NCBI RefSeq assembly: GCF_004010195.1
Contig: NC_057752.1
Coordinates: forward strand, 7,788,835 to 7,850,834
Reading direction: 5' to 3'
DNA from: Chiloscyllium plagiosum
Taxonomy: Eukaryota
DNA length: 62,000 nucleotides
Made by a program: the position numbers and the translations under genes. The notes under the pieces are model-generated. The model saw only the letters and a program-made list of their open reading frames with translations. It did no database searches and was not told where the DNA came from. Below are positions 38,561 to 50,779 of this stretch, in pieces; positions within the stretch are counted from its first letter, which is position 1, and the number at the start of each line of letters is the position of its first letter.

Positions 38561-39539
38561 TTTATCTGAGCAAATTAGGAGCTAATGATATAAGGGGGCA
38601 TCATTTTACCATGGACAAAAGATTGGCTGTCTGAGAGAAAATAGAGTATGCATAAATGAGTCTTTTTCATATTGGTAGAATGTGGCAAGTTATTGTGCTA
38701 GGCTCTCAGTTTTTAAAATAATTTGTATCAATGTCTTAGATGGAGGGGATCAAAAGCATGGAGCTGAAACTTACACTGATACTGTTAAGCATGAGTTGCA
38801 TCACGTTCTTTACAGGTAATGATTTGGAGGTGCCAGAGGGACGGTCTTTAGAGGGATTGTTATTGTGCAAGATCTTACCAAACTGACCTCATTAACTATT
38901 TACCCAGTTCTCACCATGTGAGATGTCCCTCACATTAGCTTCTATCCTATTTTACCACACGCTGTTACCAAAACAACACTGGACATCTTCCAAAAGACCA
39001 GCAGCCCTTGTGCCCACATCACCTTTGAGAGGCTGCTACGAATCTGGACAAGTATTGGCAGTTCAGCATTGCCCCTCACCAGCAGTGTCTTGGCAAAGCA
39101 GCCATCCTGCTCACAGCACATAGTAGGCATCACTAATACTCCCTCACACATACAATCCTAACCTCTCACTCTAGTTGCCATTTAATCACCAAGCTAAACA
39201 CTTCATCTGTCCTTCACTACATCCCACTCCTGTATCCTCACTGCCCAGTGGTCTCCCAAGTCTTGTAACTGTCCCAGAGAAAGACATTACACACAGGCAA
39301 GTATTTGGGTAAGTCCAAAATGAGCTTTTATTGACAGCCAGCAGAAGAGAATACAAATGAAACGAGTCAAGGCTGCACTTCACACCCACAATGCAAACCA
39401 AATGCTGGCAACTTGACCTTGACAGTCCAGGTGTTGCATCTAGCTCATATTGCCACTCAAGTCCAGTCAATCAGGTCCAGTCTGCCTTATTAGCATCCAA
39501 TATTGCTGAGCTCTGACATCCACAAAGAGAGCTTTCTAC

Positions 39540-39900
39540 AGCTCAATATCCTCCTCCTTCTCCTTGGAGGACTGTTCCCATTCCTCCAACTCTTTAGTAT
39601 CTATCTCTTCTCCTCATTGGCTCCAATTTTGTCGAACACATATTTCACAAGATAGTTCAACACAGTCTGTTGGGATTAAACAGAAAAGGACCTCTTCAGA
39701 CTGCTCCAAGCTGTGACACAGCATCTTCACCAGCCCTGTCATCTGCTCTATCATGGTTCTGGTTGCACACTTGGGCCTGCTGCACTCAAATACCTTCCCA
39801 TCCAGAATCAGCTCAAGCATTCCACTTTCCAATGTAATCATTAGAGCCCATTGCTGGACTTAGTTGACATGTGATGCCACAATGTTCCCCTTGTCCCACA
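39540..39900 (-). mobile_element. Harbinger DDE transposase C-terminal relic
   Basis: ATRTMIEQMTGLVKMLCHSL...C...QN followed by an acidic tail, resembling the HARBI1-type TR..IE..IGLLK.RFRCL...CC.LHN motif. Confidence 0.6.
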
Positions 39901-41632
39901 GCATCCTTGGAGGTTCCAACAGTGGTGGGGCATTTTACTCAGCTGTGTCTCCCTTTAAGTTATTGCTGCTAAATATTTCATCACTGAGGTGACACTTAGT
40001 TTAGCTCACATCAATGGCACAATACCTTTGACCCCAACATTTGATGGATAAGCACATTCACTCTATACGTATTGCATCTCTGTAAGCAAATGTTTGCAAA
40101 TTAAATGTGGCTGGAGTTTGCAAACTCATGCTTTATGTATTTGCCCCTTCAATGTCCTAAGGTCCAAAAAAACATGCATCCTATGCTTTCACCCATCAAA
40201 GTGGTACTGATTTTGTCCATTTTTGGACATTATCTCAGCCATTTTCCAGCTGTAGTTAGCACTCACTGAATAGTACGTGATGGCAGAGAATGCAGTTCAT
40301 GGTGGACAGTATCAGCGGTGGACGCGACCTGGATCACCAGAAAAGCCCCTGGGCCTCCATGTCTCTTTTTACCTCCGTCTAACCCGACAGCCCATTTCTA
40401 ACCATACCCCCAAATTGTGGAGCCACCACGTTGAACATTGCTTCCAGCGGTCTTTCCAACCCTCATATTATTTAAGTATTTAGATGTGCATTTGCAATGC
40501 CAAGACATACAGAGACATATAGGTTAAGTGCTGGAAAATAGGAGTAGAGTAGTTAGGTGGTTGTTTTTGATGGACCAAAAGGCCTTTTTTCTGTACAATA
40601 GATCTTTGTGACTATGACTCTATAATTCCCTACACCCTGAAATTACAACTTAATGATGCCTACCCTGATCCTCTACATCCACTGTGTGGAGGCCACTTGG
40701 TGGTCACTGCCAATAACAGCCCTCACACGCCCATAGCTTACTGTGCCCTTAATTGCTGCTCTCCATATCCCCGCCATACACCTAGAGATCCCCACTTGTC
40801 CTTGTCACTGTCCTTCTTCCCAGCTTCACTTGCACCCTCCCTTCAATCATCAACGGATGAGCTCTCAGGGCTGTATTTACCAGAGACCACCATTGACAAG
40901 CAGCCCCTTGACATGACTGACCAGACCCTTGACCACCATCTTTGCAGTTTCCCGACTGACGATACGCAATTCCCCTGGCTACTAATGCTCACCCTACAGT
41001 ATCGACCTTTATCCACTTACAGAAGAGGAGGTTCTGGAGATATTAGAGAATACGAAGGTGGATAAATCTCCAGGACCTGATCTAATGTATCTCAGAACAT
41101 TGTGGGAAGAGAGGAAATTGCGGGACTTCTTGCAGGAATATTTGCATCATCTATAACTCTGGGTGAGGTGCCTGATGTTGTATCCTTGTTTAAGAAGGGA
41201 TGTAAGGAGAAACCAGGAACTACACAACTCTGAGTCTGACTTCAGCTGTGGGGAAATTATTGGAGGTGATTTTAAGAAGTAGGATTTATGGACATTTAGA
41301 GAGACAAAAACTGATTAGGGATAGTCTGCATGGTTTCGTGCAAGGAAATCAAGTTTGTGAGACATGATTTGAGTTTTTGAAGAAGTTACCAAAAAGATTG
41401 ACGAGGGCAGAGCAGTAGACGTTTTTTTACTTGGACTTTAGCAAAGCCTTTGACAAGGTTCTGCATGGTAGACCAGCTAGTAAAGTTAGGTCACATGGGA
41501 TTCAGGGCAGGTTTGCCAATTGATACATAATTGGCTTTTCGGCAGGAAACAGAGAGTGGTGGTGGAGGGTTGGAAGCCTGTCACCAGCAGTGTTCCACAG
41601 GAACTGGTTCTGGGTCATCTTTTGTTTGTCAT

Positions 41633-42229
41633 TGTAAGGTATAGGGTTAAAATTGCACAGAATAAGGGAACAGATGTTGCTTCTGCAAAAGCTTACATTA
41701 TAAAATTAGGCTGTGCATGCCAATAAACAGTGAGAAGTGAAAACAAGTAGAATTATCTATGACTAATAGGGCAGAGCAACCGTGTAGCGGGATGTACCAG
41801 TAACAGGAGAATAGTGTGCCAGTCGCAGGAAGGATGTGGCCAACGGATGGAATTTAGTTTGGCAGGATGATCGCACAACGACAGCAAACTATGCCAGGAT
41901 AGTCACTTATAAGGAATGAGGTAAATAAGAGTAAGGGGCGACAGGCTTAGAATAATGGGAGAAGTAAACAGAGGCGGAGAGAAACTAGACAAAGGTGGAG
42001 TGAAGCTAGAGCTTGTGATTGGTTACTTTTGCTGTCGTGCATAGCCTATGGGATGAAAGGGGGGAGGACCGAGAGACGCAGCTGAACTGCATAAATCAGA
42101 ATGTAACCCTCAGATCGGGGTGCTTACTCATTAGGCACCCATTCTTACAAGTTCGTATCAATAAAATTCGATGCTTCAGAATTTGACTCGGACTGAAATT
42201 TATTAATATGTGGAGTTTTGTTTCTCACA
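41633..42229 (+). repeat. ERV 5' LTR
   Basis: TGTAAGG...TCTCACA, AATAAA at 42160-42165, direct repeat of 48273-49148. Confidence 0.95.
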
Positions 42230-42232
42230 ATT

Positions 42233-42250
42233 TGGGGGCTCGTCCAGGAT
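42233..42250 (+). promoter_or_regulatory. Primer binding site, tRNA-Pro
   Basis: TGGGGGCTCGTCCAGGAT, one mismatch to the MLV-type PBS-Pro TGGGGGCTCGTCCGGGAT. Confidence 0.93.
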
Positions 42251-42533
42251 GTCCATCATCACCAGTGGGGTAGGCACAGTCGATGGCTGGGAAGACGCGT
42301 CCCGTTCCTTTTAGAACGGTCCTGTGTTCCTCGGTTGTGGGTTTCCCTTTCTGGTTGACTGATTGAGATCCGATGAGAGTCTCTATCTGAACCAGGCAAA
42401 AGATTGTAAGTGGGCACAGGGAGCCAGGCAACTCCGTGCATGGACCAAGGTAGGAAAAGAGATTTTTAAGTACTGCCTTGGTGGCTGGGATTGAGTTCTC
42501 GTAGTTAATAAGTGTCTAACGAAGGAACTCAAT

Positions 42534-43289
42534 ATGGGCTGTGCCGAGGGTAAAGTAAAAGCCTCCGGGAAACAAAAAATGGAAATGGACAACATACCTC
42601 CATAAAGTCCGTTGGGCAGGATGTTGTGGAATTGGAAAAATAATACTTGTACAAGGGAAAAAGATAGCAAAAAGATGATTAAATATTGTTGCTTTGTATG
42701 GACTAAGGAATCCATTCTTCGTCCCGCCGTCTTCTGGCCAAGGTATGGGTTGGACGAAGACTGTGTTTGTAAATATTTGAATTTATATGTCAACAGAAAA
42801 CAGCCTTTCAGTCAGGAGGGATCAGATTATGCTTAGTGTTAGAAGGTATAGTAGCTGAAGGGCTACTGAGGATACACTTTGTAACTAAATCACGGCCAGA
42901 CATCCAGAAAAAAAAAATCAGAAAATAGATGGGTGGAGTGAGAAATCACTTGAGGAATTATTAAGAGAGGCACAGAAAGAGTTTGTAAAGAGAGAGGATG
43001 AGAAGCAAAAACAGAAGGTGAAAATGATGGTAGCCACGGTTGACAAAGTAGTCAAGAAAAGAATCGAACCGGTGACTAGCAGCCGGAGTGGAGGGTGGCA
43101 GCACATAGAACATAGTCGAAGGGGTAGAGGACAAGGAGGATCTTTCGTAGGGTCCAGTCGACAGGGACAAGGACAGAGGTAGAGACCCCAACAAGCAGGG
43201 TGTTGCAGAAAAACAAAATTTCAAAAGATAGAGGGGTGGAGCGAGAAGCCTCTAGAGTTGTTGCGGGAAGCTCAAAAAGTGTCTGAGAT

Positions 43290-43290
<1 letters not shown>
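42534..43290 (+). pseudogene. gag: ERV gag remnant: matrix fused to capsid C-terminus
   Basis: MGCAEGK...SPLGRML...KMIKYCCFVW...FWPRYG, then FVTKSRPDI..KIDGWSEKSLEELLREAQK. Stops and a large deletion. Confidence 0.88.
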
Positions 43291-43295
<5 letters not shown>

Positions 43296-43336
<41 letters not shown>

Positions 43337-43348
43337 GAGTGAGAGAGA
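43296..43348 (+). repeat. (GA)n microsatellite at the gag/insert junction
   Basis: Direct reading. Confidence 0.95.
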
Positions 43349-44104
43349 AAAAAAGAGCTGTACAGCTAATAGAAAGTTTAACCTTTTGTGATTCGGTTTG
43401 AATGCACATTAGTTTGTTGGTGATTGAATGTTTGTGCTTTGTTCCCTGGAGCTTGAGATCCGGGACTATTTTGAATCCGATTTCTATTATGGAAATTTAA
43501 CATGATTTCTTTTAAGGTTAAGGATTTTACAGTGATTATGAAATAAAATGTTAACTCATGTTCTTTTCACAGGTCATGACTGCCTTACTATCAGTTTCTA
43601 ACTAATCTCTTTTATCCTTACATAAAAGCGATTTCAAACCAGCTTAATACGGAGGAAAACAACATGATAACCTTTTTTAGTGTTTCAGACTCATTTGTTT
43701 TCACTTAATTTTAAGCTGGAACTTTATTCAGAAAGTTCCCTCCCTCAATGACGGTTGAAATTTCAGTTCAACATTAGATTGTAATAAATCAATCCTATGG
43801 TTAATATCTGTGACCTTGGATTCGGCCATTATTCATACATTGAAAGTTTTTTTTTAAAAACTTGAATAGACAAATCCTTTTAAGACAGCTCTGGTTATTC
43901 CACGACCTTTTTCATTGTAATTGAGCAATGACTGGTCAGGACAACTGAAGAAAACTAATTTTGGATTTAAATTAAGGGACTAAAACCGGGTAATAATAGT
44001 GGATTTCAAAGTTGGGAACTGTATGCATTTTACATTTTAAATATTAAATACTCAATAAATGAATTTATAATATATAAATATATATTTACAAGTAAGATTC
44101 CAAA

Positions 44105-44599
44105 ATGTATAGTTAGGAACAGGCTTTAAAGTTAGACAAGCATAAATTGATATTTGAAGCGATAGGGAGCAAGAAATATTGCAATATTTCTTAAAAAAAA
44201 AATCAAGGTTTAAACAAAACATTGGGTGATGAAGAATGGTCATTAGGTGGCCCCAAAGCTGTTCAATTGGTTAAATCGGCTCAGCAATTGATCCGGCAAT
44301 GTAACATGGGAGCGGGAACGAAAGAGTTAATTGGACTATGGCGACAGTTTTGTGATGAGAGGCACGAAGAATCAGTTTTGCGCTCATGACAAGATACTGT
44401 CACCAAATTGGGGATTGAATTAACTGCAAATGGTGCTATGGAATCTGTTGAGGTTTTTAAAAATGAATGTGCTCGAGCAAAACAATTACAGAAACAGAAT
44501 GAGAAGCCAGAAGTGACTGGTAAACAAACAGAACTGCTCAATTACAGTTTTCAAAATGTTTTAGTCATTTGTTGCGTTTCTGTCCTGAATTACAGATAA
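44105..44599 (+). pseudogene. Extra decayed ORF inside the ERV, resembling a matrix domain of a different ERV lineage
   Basis: One frame from ATG 44105 with stops at 44114, 44192 and 44387: KYCNIS*KKNQGLNKTLGDEEWSLGGPKAVQLVKSAQQLIRQCNMGAGTKELIGLWRQFCDERHEESVLRS*QD... Confidence 0.5.
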
Positions 44600-44789
44600 T
44601 GATTATTTTCTTTATATAATATATAATTAATAATTAATATTTATAATAAATCAATTGTATTAGCCTGGCTCAATATTGATTGGCAGGATTCCTTCACACT
44701 TTCTCAGTGACCTATCATATTGATTCATAGCTAATTTAAAACATGACAGCATTAATTCATTGTTAATTAGAAAATGGAAAGCTACATTA

Positions 44790-46279
44790 CTGGCCAGAGT
44801 GTGTGCAGGCAGTGGCAGCAACAGCCTTATTGGTAGAGGAGAGTCGGAAACTTACTTTTGGGGGAGCCTTAATAGTCATCACCCCACATCAGGTATGGAC
44901 CATATTAAATCAGAAAGCAGGGAGGTGGCTTACAGACTCTAGAATTCTAAAATATGAAGTAATTCTAATAGAGAGGGATGACCTTACATTTGTCTGAATC
45001 GAGCTACCTTTCTCTGGAAAGGGGAGGATGAAGCTCCCTCAGACCCAGAACATGACTGCCTCGACATTATAGAATATCAGACTAAAGTAAGAATGGACCT
45101 TAGAGATATCCCTCTATATGCATGGGTCCTCCAGAGTGATTGAAGGTAAAAGTTAGAATGGATATGCAGTAGTGGATGGAATAGAGGGGAGTGTTATTGA
45201 GGCTAGTTGACTACCCAATGATTGATCAGCACAGACTTGCGAACGTTATGCACTAGGAAGGGCCCTCAAGACCTTGGAGGGCAAAGAAGGAACTGTATAC
45301 ACAGAGTCGAAGAATGCCTTCGGGGTGGCACGCATATTTGGGAAGATATGGCAGGAGAGGGGACTGATAAACAGTAAGGGTAAAGAACCTGGGCTCCGAC
45401 CATTTCAGAGCATTCAGGTAGATTATACCGAATTACCCAGAGTGGGAAGAATGAGGTATATGCTGGTAATAGTTGATCACCTATCTGGATGGGTGGAGGC
45501 GTACCCTTTAGCCACTGCCACTGCAGGGTGGAGGCGTACCCTTTAGCCACTGCCACTGCAAGTGGCGTGTCCAAGATAATACTTGAACACTTAATCCCCA
45601 GATACGGGATAGTGGAATGTATAGATTCGGATCTGGGAACTCATTTTACTTCCAGGGTACTCCAGGGAGTGATGAAGGGGCTAGGAGTCTCCTGGGAGTT
45701 CCACACCCCTTGGCACCCACCTTCATCAGGAAAAGTTGAGAGAATGAACCAGACACTCAAGATGCAGTTATCTAAATTAATAGTAGAAACAAGACTCCCT
45801 TGAACTAAGTGTTTACCAAAGCCCTTTTGCAAGTGTGAATGGTCCCAAGGAAAGATATGGGGCTGTCCCCTTAGGGGATATTGTTTGGCCTACCCTATCT
45901 GGGAACAAAAGGGGAACTGCCAACCCTGGAGACTAAAGAACTGTTCTTAAAGAAGTATATATTGGGCTTGTCCTCCTCTTTGTCTTTTCTTAGGAGACAA
46001 GGATTACTGGCACAGACTCTGCCCCTTGAATTCGCCGTTCATCCCATCCAGCCAGGAGATTGAGTCCTAATTAAATCATGGACAGAAACTAAATTGCAGC
46101 CGGACTGGGAGGGACCATACCAGGCTCTTTTAACTACTGAAATGGCAATACGCACGGCGGAGAAAGGCTGGACTCACTACACCAGGATTAAAGGACCAGT
46201 GGAATCCCCAGTTAAGAAAGAAGTCTGGACAGCCGAATCAACGGAAGAACCACTGAAACTCAGACTCAAAAGACTTTAA
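44790..46279 (+). pseudogene. pol: ERV pol remnant: connection, partial RNase H, integrase
   Basis: VAATALLVEESRKLT, WLTDSRILKYE, QVDYTELP, IDSDLGTHFT, SSGKVERMN, WEGPY. Protease and RT core are absent. Confidence 0.92.
45491..45560 (+). repeat. Perfect 35-bp tandem duplication in integrase
   Basis: gggtggaggcgtaccctttagccactgccactgca twice, causing a frameshift. Confidence 0.95.
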
Positions 46280-46375
46280 GTAACTGATTTTTATGCGGAC
46301 GCAGGATAGCTTCCTTTTGATACCTATATATTGTATTGCATGTTAAATCTCTCGGTCCTTCAATACTATTGTAGG

Positions 46376-48208
46376 ATGCTGGGGATGCTTAGGGTTACCA
46401 TATTAGCTTTCTTAGTATTGGGATTTTGTCAAACGATGTTGTCATCCCCATATTTGTTATTAATGGTCCCAGAGTCTGAATAGCCGCAAGTAATAGAGGT
46501 TGATGCTTGCAGCCTAATAAAATGCGCAGATGTAAAGTATCAGAGGGAGTATATTTCCTCCAAAATCCTTCTTAAGACCCGACCGGACACAAGGTGTGGT
46601 TCGCAAAAACCATCACCTGGCATCACTATCCATAGAGCCCCCTTTCGCCCAGCCAGAGGCTGTCCTAACAGAAAGTGCCACCCGATATATCTCACCATTA
46701 AAAATCCCTCCTCTGAAGACTCCTTTCCCCGTAAAAACGGGTCTCGACTCCTTACTAACGATTTAAAGATAGTAATGGAAGCCACTGGAGAGTGTTTTTC
46801 TGGCTGCTGTTTCTGAATAGCCGTAGGAAATGGAAAACGAGCCAAACAACTTGATAGTAAGATTAATCAACCTTTTGCCCCTCCCAACGACCCAAAGGTG
46901 GTAAAAATTATAGAGGTGAAGGACTTGAAGCAGACCATTGAAATAGAAACTGGATACGGGGACGCAAATGCCTGGGTTGAATGGGTAAAGTACACTGTTA
47001 AAACTCTGAATAAAAGCAATTAGTATGCATGTGCCTCCGGTAGACCAGTTGCCCACATAGTCCCCTTTCCACTCGGGTGGAACCGAAACAGGAAGGGCAT
47101 GGAATGTATGATAGCCCTGTCTCAGGATAAGACTGCATGGAATGAAAGGAATTGTACATGCCTATCTCTAACGCTCCCTCCCTTGGAGAAGACAGATTTG
47201 AAAGCACGGTCGGGAATCATATTGTGTACAAGCCGACAGGGTACAAATTGATCTAGAGACTTGGGGGAGCTAAGGTTAAACTCAGAATGACACCGAAACA
47301 AAGGAGGGAACTACTCAGCACTCAGGGTTCCCCGGGCGGATCTCTGGTGGTACTGTGGAGGCAGAATATTGCGACCTACCCTACCTCCTGACTGGAGAGG
47401 GATATGTGCAATTGGCAATCCCATTCACCTCGGCATTTGAGAAGGAGAAGGTGGTAGTAACAAAGAATGAGAGGAGTAAAAGGTTGTTATTAGATACTTC
47501 CTTTGATGATAGGATTTATCTCAACGCTATAGGAGTTCTTAGAGGGGTCCCCGATGAGTTCAAGGCCCGCAATCAGATTGCAGCAGGTTTTGAATCGGCC
47601 CTATTTTGGTGGGTAGCGGTCAACCAGAATGTGGATTGGATAAACTATTTTCTTTTTACAATCAAAGATTCATCAATTACACTAGAGATGCAGTCAAGGG
47701 TATTTCCAAGCAACTTGATGCAACCAGCAGAATGGCCTGGGAAAACAGACTGGCCTTAGATATGATCCTAACTGAAAAAGGGTGTGTATGTGTGCTGTTA
47801 GGAGGGAGCTGTTGTACCTTTATTCCAAATAATACAGCATCTGATTGGTCAATCTCTCATGCCTTGCGAGGATTGACCATCTTGGCAGAAGAATTGGCTG
47901 AGAATTCAGGAGTGGACACATCACTCACGAGATGGCTGGAATCATGGTTTGGGAAATGGAAGGGAGTGGTAGTCTCCATCCTCACCTCCCTGATAGTGGT
48001 AGCAGGGGTACAGACAGCAATTGGCTGTTGTATCATACCTTGTGTACGAGGGTTAACCCAGTGGCTAATTGAGAAGGCCTTGGCAAAACAAATACCTCTA
48101 AAAGATAATCAGGCAGAGGAACACAACCTCTTGAACAATGAGGGGGTGGGTGACCTTAAGGAATTAGCCACTATAAATGAATTCTCAGGGATGATGCTAG
48201 CGAACTGA
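46376..48208 (+). pseudogene. env: ERV env remnant, gamma-type
   Basis: Furin site RSKR, ISD-like WENRLALDMIL, CX6CC (CVLLGGSCC), TM segment VVVSILTSLIVVAG. SU is frameshifted; start coordinate approximate. Confidence 0.92.
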
Positions 48209-48252
48209 AAGGCAACGTATGAGATAAATGCAGAAGACAACACTTAGTAGCC

Positions 48253-48270
48253 AAGAAGAAACGGGGGGGA
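48253..48270 (+). promoter_or_regulatory. Polypurine tract
   Basis: aagaagaaacggggggga immediately before the 3' LTR. Confidence 0.85.
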
Positions 48271-48272
48271 AT

Positions 48273-49148
48273 TGTAAGGTATAGGGTTAAAATTGTGCAG
48301 AATAAGGGAACAGGTGTTGCTTCTGCAAAAGCTGAAAAATGTGTTGCTGGAAAAGCGCAGCAGGTCAGGCAGCATCCAATGCAGGTCAAGAAGGCGGTGC
48401 TGAGTCCGAGGGTTGGGACTGAGAAAAGGTGGGGGGCGGGGAAATGAGGAAGCTGGAGAAATCTGCATTCATCCCTTGTGGTTGGAGGGTTCCTAGGCGG
48501 AAGATGAGGCGCTCTTCCTCCAGGTGTTGTGTTGCTGGCTGCCTGACCTGCTGCGCTTTTCCAGCAACACATTTTTCAGCTGATCTCCAGCATCTGCAGT
48601 CCTCACTTTCTCCTTCTGCAAAAGCTTACATTATAAAATTAGGCTGTGCATGCCAATACTAAACAGTGAGAAGTGAAAACAGGTAGAATTATCTAGGGTA
48701 GAGCAACCGTGTAGCAGGATGTACCTGTAACAGGAGAATAGTGTGCCAGTCGCAGGAAGGATGTGGCCAACGGATGGAATTTAGTTTGGCAGGATGATCA
48801 CACGAAGACAGCAAACTATGCCAGGATAGTCATATATAGGGAATGAGATAAATAAGATTAAGGGGCGACAGGCTTAGAGTAATGGGAAAAGTAAACAGAG
48901 GCGGAGAGAAACTAGACAAAGGTGGAGTGAAGCTAGAGCTTGTAATTGGTTACTTTTGCTGTAGCGCATAGCCTATGGGATGAAAGAGGAGGACCAAGAG
49001 ACGCAGCTGAACTGCATAAATCAGAATGTAACTCTCAAATCGGGGTGCTTACTCCTTAGGCACCCGTTCTTGCAATATCAATAAAATTCGCTGCTTCAGA
49101 ATTTGACTTGGACTGAAATTTATTAATATGTGAGTTTTGTTTCTCACA
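48273..49148 (+). repeat. ERV 3' LTR containing a Penelope insertion
   Basis: Matches the 5' LTR once 48334-48626 is removed. Confidence 0.95.
48334..48612. mobile_element. Short fold-back Penelope insertion in the 3' LTR
   Basis: Inverted gaaaaatgtgttgctggaaaagcgcagcaggtcaggcagc arms. 14-bp TSD cttctgcaaaagct at 48320-48333 and 48613-48626. Confidence 0.9.
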
Positions 49149-49494
49149 TCATTTATATAAATGACTTAGATAAGACACTGTTAGTATGTTTGCGGATGAC
49201 ACCAAAATTGGTGGCATAGAAAACCTTTTTCAATGTCAACTAAGAGTACAAAGGGATCTTGATCAAATGGGTCAATGGGCTGAAAAAATGGCAGAGGAAG
49301 TGCAATCTGAATAAATGTGAGGTATTGCATTTTGGTGCAACAAACGGGCAGGTTTTGTACAATTAATGGTAGGGCCTTGGGTAGTGTTGTAGAAGAGGGA
49401 GTGAGGGGTTCAGGTACATAATTCTTTGAAGTTTGCATTACATGTAGACAAGGTGGTTAAAAAGGCATTTAGTATGCTTGCCTTCACTGCTCAG

Positions 49495-50107
49495 TCATAG
49501 AGTCATAGAATCCGTCAGCATGGAGACAGGCCCTTTGGCCCAAACTAGTTCATGCCAACCAAAACGTCCGTCCATGCTAACCCCATTTTCCTGCACTTGA
49601 CCCATATCCTTCTAAGAGAAAGTGAGGACTGCAGATGCTGGAGATCAGAGCTGAAAATGTGTTGCTGGAAAAGCGCAGCAAGTCAGGCAGCATCCAAGGA
49701 GCAGGAGAATCGACGTTTCGGGCATGAGCCGAAGATCCTTGGTTGCTGCCTGACCGCTGTGCTTTTCCAGCAACACATTTTCAGCCCATATCCTTCTAAA
49801 CCTTTCCTATCCATGTATTTATTCAAATGCCTTTTAAATGTTGTTCATGTACCCACCAGAATCACTTCCACTGGCAGCTCATTCCATATGCGTACACCCT
49901 CTGTGTAAAAACGTTGCCGCTCAAGTTCCCTTTTATTCTTATCCCTCTAACCTTAAACTGATGCCCTCTCGTTCTCGATTCCTGAACCCTGGGAAAAATA
50001 CTGAGTGCATTCACCCTATCCATGCCTCTCATGATCTTATACACCTCTATAAGATTACACCCCCCCCCCCCCAAGTCTCCTACGCTCTAAAGAAAAAAGT
50101 CCTAGCT
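49495..50107 (-). mobile_element. CR1 LINE 3' end
   Basis: LIEVYKIMRGMDRV...TRGHQFKVRG, with a (actctatg)n-type tail. Confidence 0.9.
49616..49784. mobile_element. Short fold-back Penelope insertion
   Basis: 15-bp TSD cccatatccttctaa at 49601-49615 and 49785-49799, with inverted terminal arms. Confidence 0.9.
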
Positions 50108-50779
50108 NNNNNNNNNNNNNNNNNNNNNNNNNNNNNNNNNNNNNNNNNNNNNNNNNNNNNNNNNNNNNNNNNNNNNNNNNNNNNNNNNNNNNNNNNNNNN
50201 NNNNNNNNNNNNNNNNNNNNNNNNNNNNNNNNNNNNNNNNNNNNNNNNNNNNNNNNNNNNNNNNNNNNNNNNNNNNNNNNNNNNNNNNNNNNNNNNNNNN
50301 NNNNNNNNNNNNNNNNNNNNNNNNNNNNNNNNNNNNNNNNNNNNNNNNNNNNNNNNNNNNNNNNNNNNNNNNNNNNNNNNNNNNNNNNNNNNNNNNNNNN
50401 NNNNNNNNNNNNNNNNNNNNNNNNNNNNNNNNNNNNNNNNNNNNNNNNNNNNNNNNNNNNNNNNNNNNNNNNNNNNNNNNNNNNNNNNNNNNNNNNNNNN
50501 NNNNNNNNNNNNNNNNNNNNNNNNNNNNNNNNNNNNNNNNNNNNNNNNNNNNNNNNNNNNNNNNNNNNNNNNNNNNNNNNNNNNNNNNNNNNNNNNNNNN
50601 NNNNNNNCTCAAGTCATTGGTTGGTGATGCACAAAGCCTTTCCATGTTATCTGAAAAATTAACAGACTCCTCATTAGCAGATTGGATGATTCTTGACTGT
50701 TGGTGAAAAAGCATGTTTAACCATTTGCAATGTTTTTATAATTATTCCCTTCACCATCAGGACAGATTACTAAAAAGTG

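Larger units (their letters stand above)
41633..49148 (+). mobile_element. Endogenous retrovirus, class I (gamma/epsilon-related), internally deleted provirus
   Basis: Two TG...CA LTRs, 4-bp TSD TCAT (41629-41632, 49149-49152), tRNA-Pro PBS, PPT, and gag, RNase H/IN and env remnants. Confidence 0.96.
41010..49495 (+). mobile_element. CR1 RT fragment split by the ERV (41010-41632 and 49149-49495)
   Basis: SVPQELVLGHLLFVI on the left joins (I)YINDLD...FADDTK on the right of the provirus. Confidence 0.88.

Noticed and set aside
49707..49734. Partial hammerhead on the minus strand (GCCC GAAACGTCGATTC)
   Set aside because: The CUGANGA box is lost at the inversion junction.
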